Source of the DNA: Gammaproteobacteria bacterium
Lineage (GTDB): Bacteria; Pseudomonadota; Gammaproteobacteria; Chromatiales; Chromatiaceae
Assembly: GCA_020445335.1 (NCBI GenBank)
Contig: JAGRGU010000051.1
Location: 125-64,124 of the forward strand
Length of the DNA: 64,000 bases
Direction of reading: 5' to 3'
The number at the start of each line of letters is the position of its first letter. The stretch's first letter is position 1. Shown in pieces: positions 10,179-20,941 of the stretch. The translations under genes were made by a program, and so were the position numbers. Below the pieces are notes generated by a model. The model saw nothing but the letters and a program-made list of their open reading frames with translations. It had not been told where the DNA came from and ran no database searches.

Positions 10179-10850
10179 ATGGAAGGGACGACAGGCGACC
10201 CACAACGCACCGCAACCGCCAACGTGCAGGATTCCAGGCAGCAAAGCTCCCACGGTTCTTCGGGGCGCAGCCGTCACAGCCGTTCGGCGCGCAAGATTCT
10301 CAAGCAGAAGCTGATTATCCTGGGCCTCTCGCTGGCACTTTTCATCGCGCTGCTGGGGTGGCTCTTCACGGCGATCAGACTCTCCTCGGTCAGTGACGAG
10401 TATCACGATTACCGTGTCAGCAGCCGTGACGAACTGGATCAGCGCAAGCAGAACAACGTCGAACTGGATCAGCTCCGCAGCGAGCGCGAAGCGCTGGTCA
10501 AAGGACTGATTCCCGGGCTTCATCCGCTCAACTTCGACGAGACGATCGATATCAGGGAGAGCTATCTGCGCAACATCGCCTTCACGCTGACGGGCACCCG
10601 CTACAGCAGCAACTACGAGTATCGTGTCGTGCTGCATAATGACAGCCTCAACATCGTGCAGCCCAAGGTGGCCGTTTTTCTGTTCGATGCGCGCGGTATC
10701 CAGGTGGGTGTGACCAGATTGAACAAGCGCCACGCGACCTCCAAGGTCGAAAGCGAAAACCTGCAGCCGAACGAGACCCGCGCCTATACCGGCAGCGTCG
10801 AGCTGAACCTGCAGTTCGAGCCCCGCTACTTTCTCGTGCGCATCGATTGA
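10179..10850 (+). CDS. Hypothetical single-pass membrane protein
   Basis: Basic, disordered-looking N-terminus, one TM segment (LIILGLSLALFIALLGWLF), a coiled-coil-like segment, then a beta-rich C-terminal part. No family recognised. Confidence 0.55.
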   Translation: MEGTTGDPQRTATANVQDSRQQSSHGSSGRSRHSRSARKILKQKLIILGLSLALFIALLGWLFTAIRLSSVSDEYHDYRVSSRDELDQRKQNNVELDQLRSEREALVKGLIPGLHPLNFDETIDIRESYLRNIAFTLTGTRYSSNYEYRVVLHNDSLNIVQPKVAVFLFDARGIQVGVTRLNKRHATSKVESENLQPNETRAYTGSVELNLQFEPRYFLVRID

Positions 10851-10879
10851 GTTCGATTTCAGCCAACCGGAGGTGATCC

Positions 10880-12937
10880 ATGTCCGCCCCTGAGCGCCTC
10901 CCCAGCGTCTGTCCCCACGACTGTCCGTCTGCCTGTGCCCTCGATGTCGAGCGCATAGACAGCCATACCATCGGCCGGGTCCATGGCGCAGCGGATAACG
11001 ACTACACCCAGGGGGTCATCTGCGCCAAGGTGGCCCGTTACGCCGAACGGGTGCACCACGCAGAGCGCTTGCTGCAACCACTGCGGCGGCGAGGGGCGAA
11101 GGGGGGCGGCGATTTCGAACCGATCGGCTGGGACCAGGCGCTGGATATCCTGGCCGGACGATTCGCCGAGATCGCACGTGACTACGGTGGCGAAGCGATC
11201 TGGCCCTACTACTATGGCGGCACCATGGGGCAGTTGCAGCGTGACGGCATCAATCGCCTGCGCCATGTCATGGGTTACTCCGGCCAGCAGAAGACCATCT
11301 GTGTGGCGACCGGGTACACCGGCTGGAGCGCCGGCACCGGTGCCGACTGGGGCGCCGATCCGCGCGAGATCGTCGACAGTGATCTGATCGTCATTTGGGG
11401 CTGCAACGCGGTTGCGACCCAGGTCAACCTGATGACGCTGGTCAGCCAGGCGAGAAAGCGCCGCGGCGCGAAACTGGTGGTAGTCGATCCGATCAGGACC
11501 GTCACCGCCAAACGCGCCGATCTGCACCTGCAGCCCCTGCCCGGCACCGACGGCGCGCTTGCCTGCGCGGTGATGCAGCAGCTTTTCGCGCTGGGGATGG
11601 CAGACCGTGACTACCTGCAGGAGTACAGCGATCATCCACGTGAGTTCGAGGCGCATCTCCAGTCGCGGACGCCCGCTTGGGCCGAGACGATCACGGGCGT
11701 GCCGGCGGCGCAGATCGAAGCCTTTGCACGGCTCTACGGCGCGACCAGACGCAGCTATATCCGCCTGGGGTTGGGCTTCTCGCGCAGCCGCAACGGTGCG
11801 CACAACGTTCATGCGGTCAGCTGCCTGCCGGTAGTCACCGGCGCCTGGCGGGTGCGCGGCGGCGGTGCGATGCTCGGCAACAGCGGCATTTTCAAGCTGG
11901 ACAAGGGCCTCATCGAAGGCCTCGAGCTGGCGCGGCCCGAGGTGCGTTCGCTCGACATGTCGCGCATCGGCGCGGTGCTCAACGGCAATCCCGAGGATCT
12001 CAAAGGCGGGCCGCCGGTGATGGGCATGCTGATCCAGAACAGCAACCCTCTGGCGGTCGCGCCCGATCTCAGTCAGGTACGGCGCGGCTTCGCGCGCGAG
12101 GATCTGTTCGTCTGCGTGCACGAGCAGTTCATGACCGAAACCGCACGCATGGCGGACATCGTGCTCCCGGCGACGATGATGGTGGAGACCACCGATCTCT
12201 ACCAGACCTATGGCCAGGCGTATCTGCAGGTTGCGCGACCGGTGATCGAAGCGCCGGGTGAGTGCCGCTCCAATCATGAGCTCATTTGTGATCTGGCGCG
12301 GCGCCTGGGCGCATCGCATCCGGGATTCGAGCTGGATGCGGCGTCTATCGTAGACCGTACGTTGACCGCTTCCGGCTACCCGGATCTGGATGAGATGACC
12401 CGTTCCCGTTGGCTCGACTGCAGCAAGCCGTTCGACGAGGCCCACTTCATCTCCGGCTTCAACTGGCCAGACGGTCGCTTCCGCTTCGCGCCGGATTGGC
12501 AGGCGTTGGGTGCCTCTGGCACCTCTATGCCGCGATTTCCCGACCACTGGGCGGTGATCGAGGCGGCCGACGAAGAGTACCCGCTGCGTCTGATCACGCC
12601 GCCGGCGCAGAGTTTCCTAAATACCAGTTTCAGCGAGACCCCGGGCTCGCTACGGCGCGAAAACGCCCCGGCACTGCTGCTCAATCCGCACGACGCAACG
12701 ACGCTGGCGATTGACAATGGCGACCTGGTCCGTGTCGGCAGCCGCCGAGGAGAGATACGACTGGCGGCGAAACATTGCGCTGACCTGCCGCCCGGAGTGG
12801 TGGCTGTCGAGGGGATCTGGCCGGGCAGCGCATTTGCCGATGGCTGGGGCGTCAATACGCTGGTGGGCGCCGACGCGGCAGCGCCGGCGGGCGGCGCGGT
12901 GTTCCACGACAGCTCGGTATGGGTTAGCAAGGCGTAG
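10880..12937 (+). CDS. Molybdopterin (MopB-superfamily) oxidoreductase, cytoplasmic type
   Basis: N-terminal CPHDCPSAC 4Fe-4S motif, 685 aa, a molybdopterin-binding-like C-terminal beta-barrel segment (LLLNPHDATTLAIDNGDLVRV), no Tat signal. Substrate unknown. Confidence 0.85.
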   Translation: MSAPERLPSVCPHDCPSACALDVERIDSHTIGRVHGAADNDYTQGVICAKVARYAERVHHAERLLQPLRRRGAKGGGDFEPIGWDQALDILAGRFAEIARDYGGEAIWPYYYGGTMGQLQRDGINRLRHVMGYSGQQKTICVATGYTGWSAGTGADWGADPREIVDSDLIVIWGCNAVATQVNLMTLVSQARKRRGAKLVVVDPIRTVTAKRADLHLQPLPGTDGALACAVMQQLFALGMADRDYLQEYSDHPREFEAHLQSRTPAWAETITGVPAAQIEAFARLYGATRRSYIRLGLGFSRSRNGAHNVHAVSCLPVVTGAWRVRGGGAMLGNSGIFKLDKGLIEGLELARPEVRSLDMSRIGAVLNGNPEDLKGGPPVMGMLIQNSNPLAVAPDLSQVRRGFAREDLFVCVHEQFMTETARMADIVLPATMMVETTDLYQTYGQAYLQVARPVIEAPGECRSNHELICDLARRLGASHPGFELDAASIVDRTLTASGYPDLDEMTRSRWLDCSKPFDEAHFISGFNWPDGRFRFAPDWQALGASGTSMPRFPDHWAVIEAADEEYPLRLITPPAQSFLNTSFSETPGSLRRENAPALLLNPHDATTLAIDNGDLVRVGSRRGEIRLAAKHCADLPPGVVAVEGIWPGSAFADGWGVNTLVGADAAAPAGGAVFHDSSVWVSKA

Positions 12938-12976
12938 CATCCGCCGGCGTGGCTTCCTCTATCAATTCGCAGGGTC

Positions 12977-15900
12977 TTGATGAACAGCAAAACAGATAAG
13001 ACTGGCGGCAAGCAGCGCGGCAGATGGCTTAAAATCCTGCTGACGGTTGCGCTGGCGCTGTCGGCGCTCTATGTCATCGCCGTCGGCTGGTTGGTCCCGC
13101 GGCTGGGAAAGGCGTACCTGCAGGATTTCGTGCAGCAGAACCTGCAGCGCGAGCTGCGTCTGCAAAGCATCGCCATCAACCCCTTTACGCTGCGTTCGGC
13201 GATCAACGGTGTGGAGCTGCGGGAGGCCGATGGCGGGTTGCTGCTCTCGTTGCAGTCGCTGGCGGTCGAGCCCAATCTGCGTGCGTTGACGGAACGCAGA
13301 ATCGAGATCGAGCACGTGCAGCTGCAGGCGCCCTGGATTCATCTGCGGCGCGATGCCGCCGGGGAGTTGAATCTTGCCCGACTGGCGCAGGACGCGACGG
13401 CAGCGACATCCACAGATGGTGCAAACGAGGCTGCCCCGGCAGCAGCACCGCCGCCGTTTCTGCTGAAGCGCTTCACACTTGCCAACGGCGCGCTGAAGGT
13501 CTCCGACGAGGGTCGCGGCGTCGCCAATCTGCTGGCGTTGAAAGCAGAGCTGCGCGACCTCTCCACGCTGCCCCGCAGCGAGGCCGCATACAGCTTCGAT
13601 GGCGAGTTGGCGGGTGGGGGCGATATCGCCGCGTCGGGCAGGCTGGCCCTGCAACCGCTCACCGCGGAGGGGCGCTTCTCGCTCGACTCTCTGGTGTTGC
13701 AGCAGTTCTGGGATTTCGTGAACCACGCGCTGGATCTCGACCCGCCGCGGGGCGAGCTGACGCTCTCCGGCGACTTTCGCTTCGCTCAGGACAGCGCAAC
13801 CCCCTCACTCATACTGGACAAGCTGGCGCTGCAACTTGCCCAGCTGCGGCTGCAACGCCCGGGCTCGATGCGGCCGCTGCTGATGCTCGAACGGCTGCAG
13901 CTGGCCGATGCCGGTTTCGATCTCAACTCAAACCTGCTGGAGATACCTTCGTTGGAGATCGACGGCGGGTCGTTGAGCGCGGAGCGTCAGGGGGGGCGCG
14001 TGGATTGGCAGCGCATTGTCAAAACCGGCGACGTGCCGGCGCCGACAGCGACGCCGAGCAAGGGGGCGGATAGCGGTGGCGCTCCGTCGCCTTCTCCTGC
14101 GCAGTCGGAAGCCGCTTCCGGAGATGGGCAGTGGCGGGTCGCATTGCAGCGTTTGAAGCTGGGGCGCTTCGTGCTCGATTACGCCGACCGGGATCTGGCC
14201 CGTCCGCTGGCGCTCAGAGTCGGCGCCGCCGAGCTCGCGCTGGCAGCCGACGTCAGCCAGACCGGCGGCGAGCTCAATGCGGCACTGGCGTCGGTCGCGC
14301 TGGGGCTCGATCGGCTCTCACTGACGCGCGCCGGCGAGCAGGAGCCACTGCTGGCGTTGGAGCAGCTGAGGCTGCGTGATGGACATATCGACCTGAGCCG
14401 ACAGAGCGCGGAGTTCGCCATGCTGCACCTGAGTGGCGGCCATAGCCGCGTGATTCGTCGGCAGGATGGCCGCCTGGAGTGGGAGCGGGTCTGGCAGCCC
14501 GCCGCCAGTTCTGCGGCGGCAAAGGTCGAACCGGCGCCATCGAAGGCACCCGACTGGAGGGTGAAGCTTGCCGCGCTGGATCTCTCCGGTTTTGCGCTGG
14601 CGTTGCGGGACGGGGGGGTCGAGCCGGCTGCCGCGCTCGACCTTGCCGATCTGCAGCTGAGGCTGCGCGATATCGACAGCCGTATGCAGGGACCGATAGG
14701 CATAGAGTTGTCGACGGCGATCAAACAGGGAGGGCGTCTGGCGGCACGCGGCAGCGTGAACCCGGCCGGCCCGGCGGCGGAGCTAGATCTCGACTTGCAG
14801 GCGATTTCGTTGCTGCCGGCGCGCAACTACTTGAAGCCCTTTGTGCGGCTGCAGCTCGACGATGGCAGCTTCTCCACCGAGGGGCGGTTGAGCTACGGCA
14901 GCGCGGGGCGCGATGCCCTCGGTTACAGCGGCAGCGCGCGCATCGACAAGCTGCTGATCAGCGAGCACGCCTCCGGCGAGCCGCTGCTGGGCTGGCAGGC
15001 GATGGAGGCGGTCGGGGTCGATTTCGGGCTGAACCCCAACCGCTTGCAGATCGAGGAGCTGAGGCTCGACGCGCCGCAGGGAAAATTCGTGGTCAATGCC
15101 GACTTCACGACCAACTGGCAGCAGCTACTGCACCCGCAGCCCGCAGCCGGAAGCGGCCCGGCAGAGGCGGACAGCGGAACGGAGAGCGCTTTCCCCGTCG
15201 CCATCGGCCGGGTAGAGGTCGCCGGTGGCAAGCTCGATTTCTCCGATCTGAGCCTGCCGCTGCCCTTCGAAACCAAGATTCACCAGCTCGAAGGGGCGAT
15301 CGTCGGCATCGCCTCGCAGCCGGGTGCCCGAGCGAACAGCGACCTCAAAGGGCACGTGGACGAGTTCGGCGCGGCGACGATAAAGGGGGAGATCTCACCC
15401 TTCGACCCGTTGTTGTTCACCGATATGGGCGTGGCTTTCAGCAACCTGGACGTTCCCAGCCTCACCCCTTACAGCGCCAAATTCGCCGGCTACAAAATCG
15501 ACTCCGGCAAGCTCTCGCTCGATCTCAAGTACCATATCGAGGGTCGTCAGTTGAAGGGTGACAACCAGATCGTGTTGGAGAAGCTCAAGCTGGGCGAGAA
15601 GGTAGAGAGCCCGGATGCGATCGACGCCCCGCTGGAACTGGCCATCGCGCTGATGGAGGACAGCCGCGGGGTGATCGATCTTGGGTTGCCGATCAGCGGC
15701 GACCTGGACGATCCCGATTTCAGTTACGGGCACCTGGTGTTCAAGGCGATCGGCAATCTGCTGACCAAGATCGTCACAGCGCCGTTCAAGATACTGGGTG
15801 CACTGCTCGGCGTCGAGGGCGGGGATCTGGATGCGATCGCCTTCGAACCGGGCTCCGCGGAGTTGCCTCCACCGCAGCAGGAGAAGCTGCTGGCGGTGGC

Positions 15901-16444
15901 CAGGGCGCTGGCGGAACGGCCGGCGCTGCAGCTGACGATCCAGGCCCGCTACCACGAGAAGCTTGACGCGGAGGCGCTGCGCGAAGTCGCCTTGCGGAGC
16001 GAGGTCAACAAGCGACTGGGTCGCAAGCCCAAGCCGGGACAGGCGCCTGACCCCGTCAGTCTCACCGATGCCAAGACCGGTCAGGTGGTGGAGGCGCTGT
16101 TCGTGGAGCGGTTTTCGGCCGGGGAGTTGGCCAAGTTGAAGCAGCCGGTGCAGCAGAAACCTACATCCGGCGCCGCTTCGGCAGCCAAACCCGCAGCGGT
16201 CGGCGCTGATCTGCATCGACAACTCTACGCCCGGCTGAAGCGGCAGCAGCCACTGGCGAAGGGTGCGCTTTTAGCGCTGGGACGGGATCGCGGCGAGCGC
16301 ATTTCCGCTTACCTCGGGGGCCAGGGGAAACTGGCGGGCAAGCGCCTGCAGCTGCAGCAGCCGGTTGCCGTGGAAATTGCCCCCGGCGCCGTGCAGACAG
16401 CGGATAAAGTCGAGTCGAAACTGGATCTTACCGCGGGTAATTGA
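12977..16444 (+). CDS. Large membrane-anchored AsmA-like / DUF748-like protein
   Basis: N-terminal TM anchor, 1155 aa, a low-complexity repetitive beta-rich body with repeated 'L.L..L.L.D' segments as in DUF748/AsmA-family proteins. Family assignment is from memory of the sequence style only. Confidence 0.65.
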   Translation: MMNSKTDKTGGKQRGRWLKILLTVALALSALYVIAVGWLVPRLGKAYLQDFVQQNLQRELRLQSIAINPFTLRSAINGVELREADGGLLLSLQSLAVEPNLRALTERRIEIEHVQLQAPWIHLRRDAAGELNLARLAQDATAATSTDGANEAAPAAAPPPFLLKRFTLANGALKVSDEGRGVANLLALKAELRDLSTLPRSEAAYSFDGELAGGGDIAASGRLALQPLTAEGRFSLDSLVLQQFWDFVNHALDLDPPRGELTLSGDFRFAQDSATPSLILDKLALQLAQLRLQRPGSMRPLLMLERLQLADAGFDLNSNLLEIPSLEIDGGSLSAERQGGRVDWQRIVKTGDVPAPTATPSKGADSGGAPSPSPAQSEAASGDGQWRVALQRLKLGRFVLDYADRDLARPLALRVGAAELALAADVSQTGGELNAALASVALGLDRLSLTRAGEQEPLLALEQLRLRDGHIDLSRQSAEFAMLHLSGGHSRVIRRQDGRLEWERVWQPAASSAAAKVEPAPSKAPDWRVKLAALDLSGFALALRDGGVEPAAALDLADLQLRLRDIDSRMQGPIGIELSTAIKQGGRLAARGSVNPAGPAAELDLDLQAISLLPARNYLKPFVRLQLDDGSFSTEGRLSYGSAGRDALGYSGSARIDKLLISEHASGEPLLGWQAMEAVGVDFGLNPNRLQIEELRLDAPQGKFVVNADFTTNWQQLLHPQPAAGSGPAEADSGTESAFPVAIGRVEVAGGKLDFSDLSLPLPFETKIHQLEGAIVGIASQPGARANSDLKGHVDEFGAATIKGEISPFDPLLFTDMGVAFSNLDVPSLTPYSAKFAGYKIDSGKLSLDLKYHIEGRQLKGDNQIVLEKLKLGEKVESPDAIDAPLELAIALMEDSRGVIDLGLPISGDLDDPDFSYGHLVFKAIGNLLTKIVTAPFKILGALLGVEGGDLDAIAFEPGSAELPPPQQEKLLAVARALAERPALQLTIQARYHEKLDAEALREVALRSEVNKRLGRKPKPGQAPDPVSLTDAKTGQVVEALFVERFSAGELAKLKQPVQQKPTSGAASAAKPAAVGADLHRQLYARLKRQQPLAKGALLALGRDRGERISAYLGGQGKLAGKRLQLQQPVAVEIAPGAVQTADKVESKLDLTAGN

Positions 16445-16546
16445 CCTTGTTTTTCGAGGCGTAACATTTAGAATAGAGACTTTCTGCGTCGCGGGATGTG
16501 CTTCCGCGTCAGCAACCGGCGCCAAGCGGTGCCGAACGATCTCCCC

Positions 16547-16574
16547 ACCAGACCCTTGCGGTCTGGTTTTTTAT
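16547..16574 (+). terminator. Rho-independent terminator after the DUF748-like gene
   Basis: Stem CCAGACC (16548-16554) / GGTCTGG (16560-16566) followed by TTTTTTATT. Confidence 0.7.
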
Positions 16575-16578
16575 TCAT

Positions 16579-16599
16579 GTGGCCCCTCGTATCGGCCAC
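16579..16599 (+). promoter_or_regulatory. Candidate thrS translational operator hairpin with a tRNA-Thr anticodon-loop mimic
   Basis: Stem GTGGCC/GGCCAC enclosing the loop CCUCGUAUC (core C-U-CGU-A-U). It lies directly upstream of the purine-rich SD (GAGAGAGAG) and the thrS ATG at 16621. Confidence 0.4.
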
Positions 16600-16620
16600 C
16601 ACTGAGAGAGAGCAGTAACC

Positions 16621-18531
16621 ATGCCTGTCATTACCCTTCCCGATGGTTCCAGCAAATCCTTCGAACATCCGGTTACCGTACGCGATGTCGCCATGTCGAT
16701 CGGTCCCGGTCTCGCCAAAGCCGCGCTTGCCGGCCGCGTCGACGGCAAGCTGGTCGATCTTTCACGGCCGATCCGGGATGATGCCGAACTGGCGATCGTC
16801 ACCGAGCGCGACGAAGAGGCGCTGGAGATCATCCGCCACTCGACCGCGCATCTGCTGGCGCAGGCGGTCAAAGAACTTTTCCCGGCGGCGCAGGTGACCA
16901 TCGGTCCGACCATCGAAAACGGTTTCTACTACGATTTCTCCTTCGAGCGCTCCTTCACCCAGGATGATCTGAAGAAGATCGAGGAGCGGATGAAACAGCT
17001 GGCCAAAGCGGACAACACCGTCACCCGGCTGGTGATGTCGCGCGACGATGCAGTCACCTTTTTCCGCGATCTGGGCGAGCACTACAAGGCCGAGATCATC
17101 GAATCGATCCCGGCCAACGAAGAGCTGTCGCTCTACAGCCAGGGAACATTTACCGATCTATGCCGCGGACCGCACGTCCCATCGACCGGAAAACTGGGCT
17201 GGTTCAAGCTGATGAAGGTGGCCGGCGCGTACTGGCGCGGAAATTCCGACAACGAGATGCTGCAACGCATCTACGGAACCGCCTGGCGCAACAAGAAGGA
17301 GCTGAAGCAGTATCTGCACCGGCTGGAGGAGGCGGAGAAACGCGACCATCGCAAACTCGGCAAGGCGCTGGATCTGTTCCATACCCAGGAAGAGGCACCG
17401 GGCATGGTCTTCTGGCACCCGAAAGGGTGGGCGATCTACCGCGCGGTCGAGCAGTACGTGCGCGAGAAGATCTCCGCGGCGGGTTACCAGGAGATCCGCA
17501 CGCCGCAGATCGTCGACCGCTCCTTGTGGGAGAAGTCGGGCCATTGGGGCAAGTATCGGGAGGACATGTTCACCACCCGCTCGGAAGATCGTGACTATGC
17601 CATCAAACCGATGAACTGCCCCTGCCACGTACAGGTCTTCAACCAGGGCATCAAGAGCTACCGCGACCTGCCGTTACGGCTCTCCGAATTCGGCTCCTGC
17701 CATCGCAACGAGGCCAGCGGTACGCTGCACGGATTGATGCGGGTGCGTAACTTCGTCCAGGACGACGCGCACATCTTCTGCACCGAGGATCAGATTCAGG
17801 ATGAAGTGTCGGCTTTCGTCGACCTGCTGTTCGAGATCTACGCCGATTTCGGCTTCACCGAGATCGAGATCGCGCTCTCGACGCGGCCGGAAAAAAGGGT
17901 CGGCGCCGATGAGGTGTGGGACAAGGCGGAGAAGGCGCTGGAGGATGCGCTCAATGCCAAGGGACTCGAATGGAGACTGCAGCCGGGGGAGGGTGCCTTC
18001 TATGGCCCGAAGATAGACTTTTCGCTGCGCGACTGCCTCGGCCGGGTCTGGCAGTGCGGCACGATGCAGGTCGACTTCTCGATGCCGGCTCGTCTCGATG
18101 CCGGCTATATCGCGCAGGACAACAGCCGTCAGGTTCCGGTGATGCTGCACCGGGCGATCCTCGGTTCACTGGAACGCTTCATCGGCATTTTGATCGAGGA
18201 GAGTGCGGGCGCCCTGCCTCTTTGGCTGGCGCCGGTTCAGGCGGTAGTGCTCAATATCACCGACCGCCAGGCGGAATTCGGTGAAAAAGTCGCCCAAATC
18301 CTGCAGGAACAGGGTTTTAGGATCGATTTGGACTTGAGAAACCAGAAAATCGGTTTTAAAATCCGCGAGCATACGCTGGCCCGGGTGCCCTATCTGCTGG
18401 TTTTGGGCGATCGGGAAGTGGAAAACGGGACGGTGACTGTGCGTACTCGCAGCGGTGAAGATCTCGGCAATATGAGTGTCGGGGCGTTTGCCGAACTGCT
18501 GAAGGAGCAGGTTGCGCGTCGTTCAAAATAG
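16621..18531 (+). CDS. thrS: Threonyl-tRNA synthetase
   Basis: TGS N-terminus ([10 protein letters not shown]), class II motifs, 636 aa, canonical thrS-infC-rpmI-rplT context. Confidence 0.97.
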   Translation: MPVITLPDGSSKSFEHPVTVRDVAMSIGPGLAKAALAGRVDGKLVDLSRPIRDDAELAIVTERDEEALEIIRHSTAHLLAQAVKELFPAAQVTIGPTIENGFYYDFSFERSFTQDDLKKIEERMKQLAKADNTVTRLVMSRDDAVTFFRDLGEHYKAEIIESIPANEELSLYSQGTFTDLCRGPHVPSTGKLGWFKLMKVAGAYWRGNSDNEMLQRIYGTAWRNKKELKQYLHRLEEAEKRDHRKLGKALDLFHTQEEAPGMVFWHPKGWAIYRAVEQYVREKISAAGYQEIRTPQIVDRSLWEKSGHWGKYREDMFTTRSEDRDYAIKPMNCPCHVQVFNQGIKSYRDLPLRLSEFGSCHRNEASGTLHGLMRVRNFVQDDAHIFCTEDQIQDEVSAFVDLLFEIYADFGFTEIEIALSTRPEKRVGADEVWDKAEKALEDALNAKGLEWRLQPGEGAFYGPKIDFSLRDCLGRVWQCGTMQVDFSMPARLDAGYIAQDNSRQVPVMLHRAILGSLERFIGILIEESAGALPLWLAPVQAVVLNITDRQAEFGEKVAQILQEQGFRIDLDLRNQKIGFKIREHTLARVPYLLVLGDREVENGTVTVRTRSGEDLGNMSVGAFAELLKEQVARRSK

Positions 18532-18606
18532 GAGCTTGTTCTGACATAAGCGCTGTGAGAGCGGTGCTTTGTGCGGGACAAGCTTTAATTCTTTGGGAGA
18601 ACTGTT

Positions 18607-19125
18607 ATCGCTGCATCAAAAAAGAACCGCCTCAATGATGACATTGCCGTGCCCCAGGTTCGGTTGATCGACAAGGATGGGGAGCAGGTGGGCATAGTCC
18701 CGATTGAAGAGGCGCTGAAGGCTGCCGACGAAGTGAAGCTGGATCTGGTGGAGATCGTACCCAACGCTGAACCACCCGTCTGTCGCATCATGGATTACGG
18801 CAAGTTCGTCTTCGAAGCCAAAAAGCAGAAGCAGGCGGCGAAGAAGAAGCAGAAACAGGTTCAGGTCAAAGAGATCAAGTTTCGCCCAGGGACGGGTATA
18901 GGGGATTATCAGGTAAAACTACGCAACCTGATACGTTTCCTGAAAGATGGGGATAAGACCAAGGTAACCATGCGGTTCCGAGGTCGCGAGCACGCACACA
19001 GGGAGCTCGGTCTGGAGATGCTGCAGCGCGTGGAGGCCGATCTGGTCGAATACGGCGAGGTAGAGCAGCAGGCTCAGATGGAAGGCCGGCAGATGGTGAT
19101 GGTGCTGCGCCCCTTGAAACATTAA
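18607..19125 (+). CDS. infC: Translation initiation factor IF-3, probable non-AUG (AUC) start
   Basis: The ORF track starts at GTG 18649 (MPQVRLID). The in-frame upstream sequence [22 protein letters not shown] aligns with the E. coli IF3 N-terminus (..RPNRINGEIRAQEVRLTG). The upstream in-frame stop is at 18586-18588. No ATG/GTG/TTG is available in between. ATC at 18607 sits 6 nt after GGGAGA. Confidence 0.8.
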   Translation: MAASKKNRLNDDIAVPQVRLIDKDGEQVGIVPIEEALKAADEVKLDLVEIVPNAEPPVCRIMDYGKFVFEAKKQKQAAKKKQKQVQVKEIKFRPGTGIGDYQVKLRNLIRFLKDGDKTKVTMRFRGREHAHRELGLEMLQRVEADLVEYGEVEQQAQMEGRQMVMVLRPLKH

Positions 19126-19156
19126 CTGTAAACTATTGAATTGCGGAGTTTTTAAA

Positions 19157-19354
19157 ATGCCGAAGATTAAAACGAATCGCGGCGCGGCCAAACGGTTCAA
19201 AGTGACCGGAAGCGGCGGCGTCAAGCGGGGACAGTCCCACCGTCGTCATATCCTGACGAAGAAGAGTACCAAGCGTAAACGTCAGTTGCGCTCTCCAGCG
19301 CAGTTGCACAAAGCGGACGTGGCAGCAGCGCGTCGCATGATCCCTTACGCTTAA
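19157..19354 (+). CDS. rpmI: 50S ribosomal protein L35
   Basis: [15 protein letters not shown]... is the canonical L35 N-terminus. The ATG at 19157 is preceded by GCGGAG. Confidence 0.95.
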   Translation: MPKIKTNRGAAKRFKVTGSGGVKRGQSHRRHILTKKSTKRKRQLRSPAQLHKADVAAARRMIPYA

Positions 19355-19373
19355 CCAATCCGGAGACTGAGAG

Positions 19374-19733
19374 ATGCCCCGCGTAAAACGTGGCGTACAA
19401 GCACACGCCAGACACAAAAAAGTGCTGAAGGAAGCAAAAGGTTATTTCGGTGCCCGGAGCAAGGTCTACCGGGTTGCCAAGCAGGCGGTTATCAAGGCCG
19501 GTCAGTACGCATATCGCGACCGCCGGCAGAAGAAGCGTCAGTTCCGCGCGCTCTGGATTGCCCGCATCAATGCCGGTGCACGGGAGAACGGCCTCTCCTA
19601 CAGCCGCATGATCAATGGTCTGAAGCGTGCTGGCGTGGAGATGGACCGCAAGGTCCTGGCCGATCTGGCCATCTTCGACAAGCCTGCGTTTAGCGCCTTG
19701 GCGGAACAAGCCAAGGCCAGCCTCCCGAGCTAA
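19374..19733 (+). CDS. rplT: 50S ribosomal protein L20
   Basis: [19 protein letters not shown]... is canonical L20, 119 aa. Confidence 0.97.
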   Translation: MPRVKRGVQAHARHKKVLKEAKGYFGARSKVYRVAKQAVIKAGQYAYRDRRQKKRQFRALWIARINAGARENGLSYSRMINGLKRAGVEMDRKVLADLAIFDKPAFSALAEQAKASLPS

Positions 19734-19776
19734 ACTTTCCTCCGCCGGCCAAGCGCCGGCGGATTGAAATAGACCC

Positions 19777-19815
19777 AAAGGGGAAGGCCTTCCAGGCTTT
19801 CCCCTTTTTTTGTTT
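19777..19815 (+). terminator. Terminator/attenuator hairpin between rplT and pheS
   Basis: AAAGGGGAAGGCC...GGCTTTCCCCTTTTTTTG. It is preceded by a second GC hairpin, CCGCCGGC/GCCGGCGG, at 19742-19762. Confidence 0.6.
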
Positions 19816-19818
19816 TGA

Positions 19819-20859
<1,041 letters not shown>

Positions 20860-20941
20860 ATCCGGAAGCGGGTGGATGTGTTCGTCTCCGGCGTCGTTGA
20901 GGCCGGGTCATTGGCAGTTTTGAGAGAGCAGGTACAAGCGT

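Noticed and set aside
10859-12547. 562-aa minus-strand ORF.
   Set aside because: It is antisense to the molybdopterin oxidoreductase, which has a clear 4Fe-4S motif and a coherent domain order. This is a shadow ORF.
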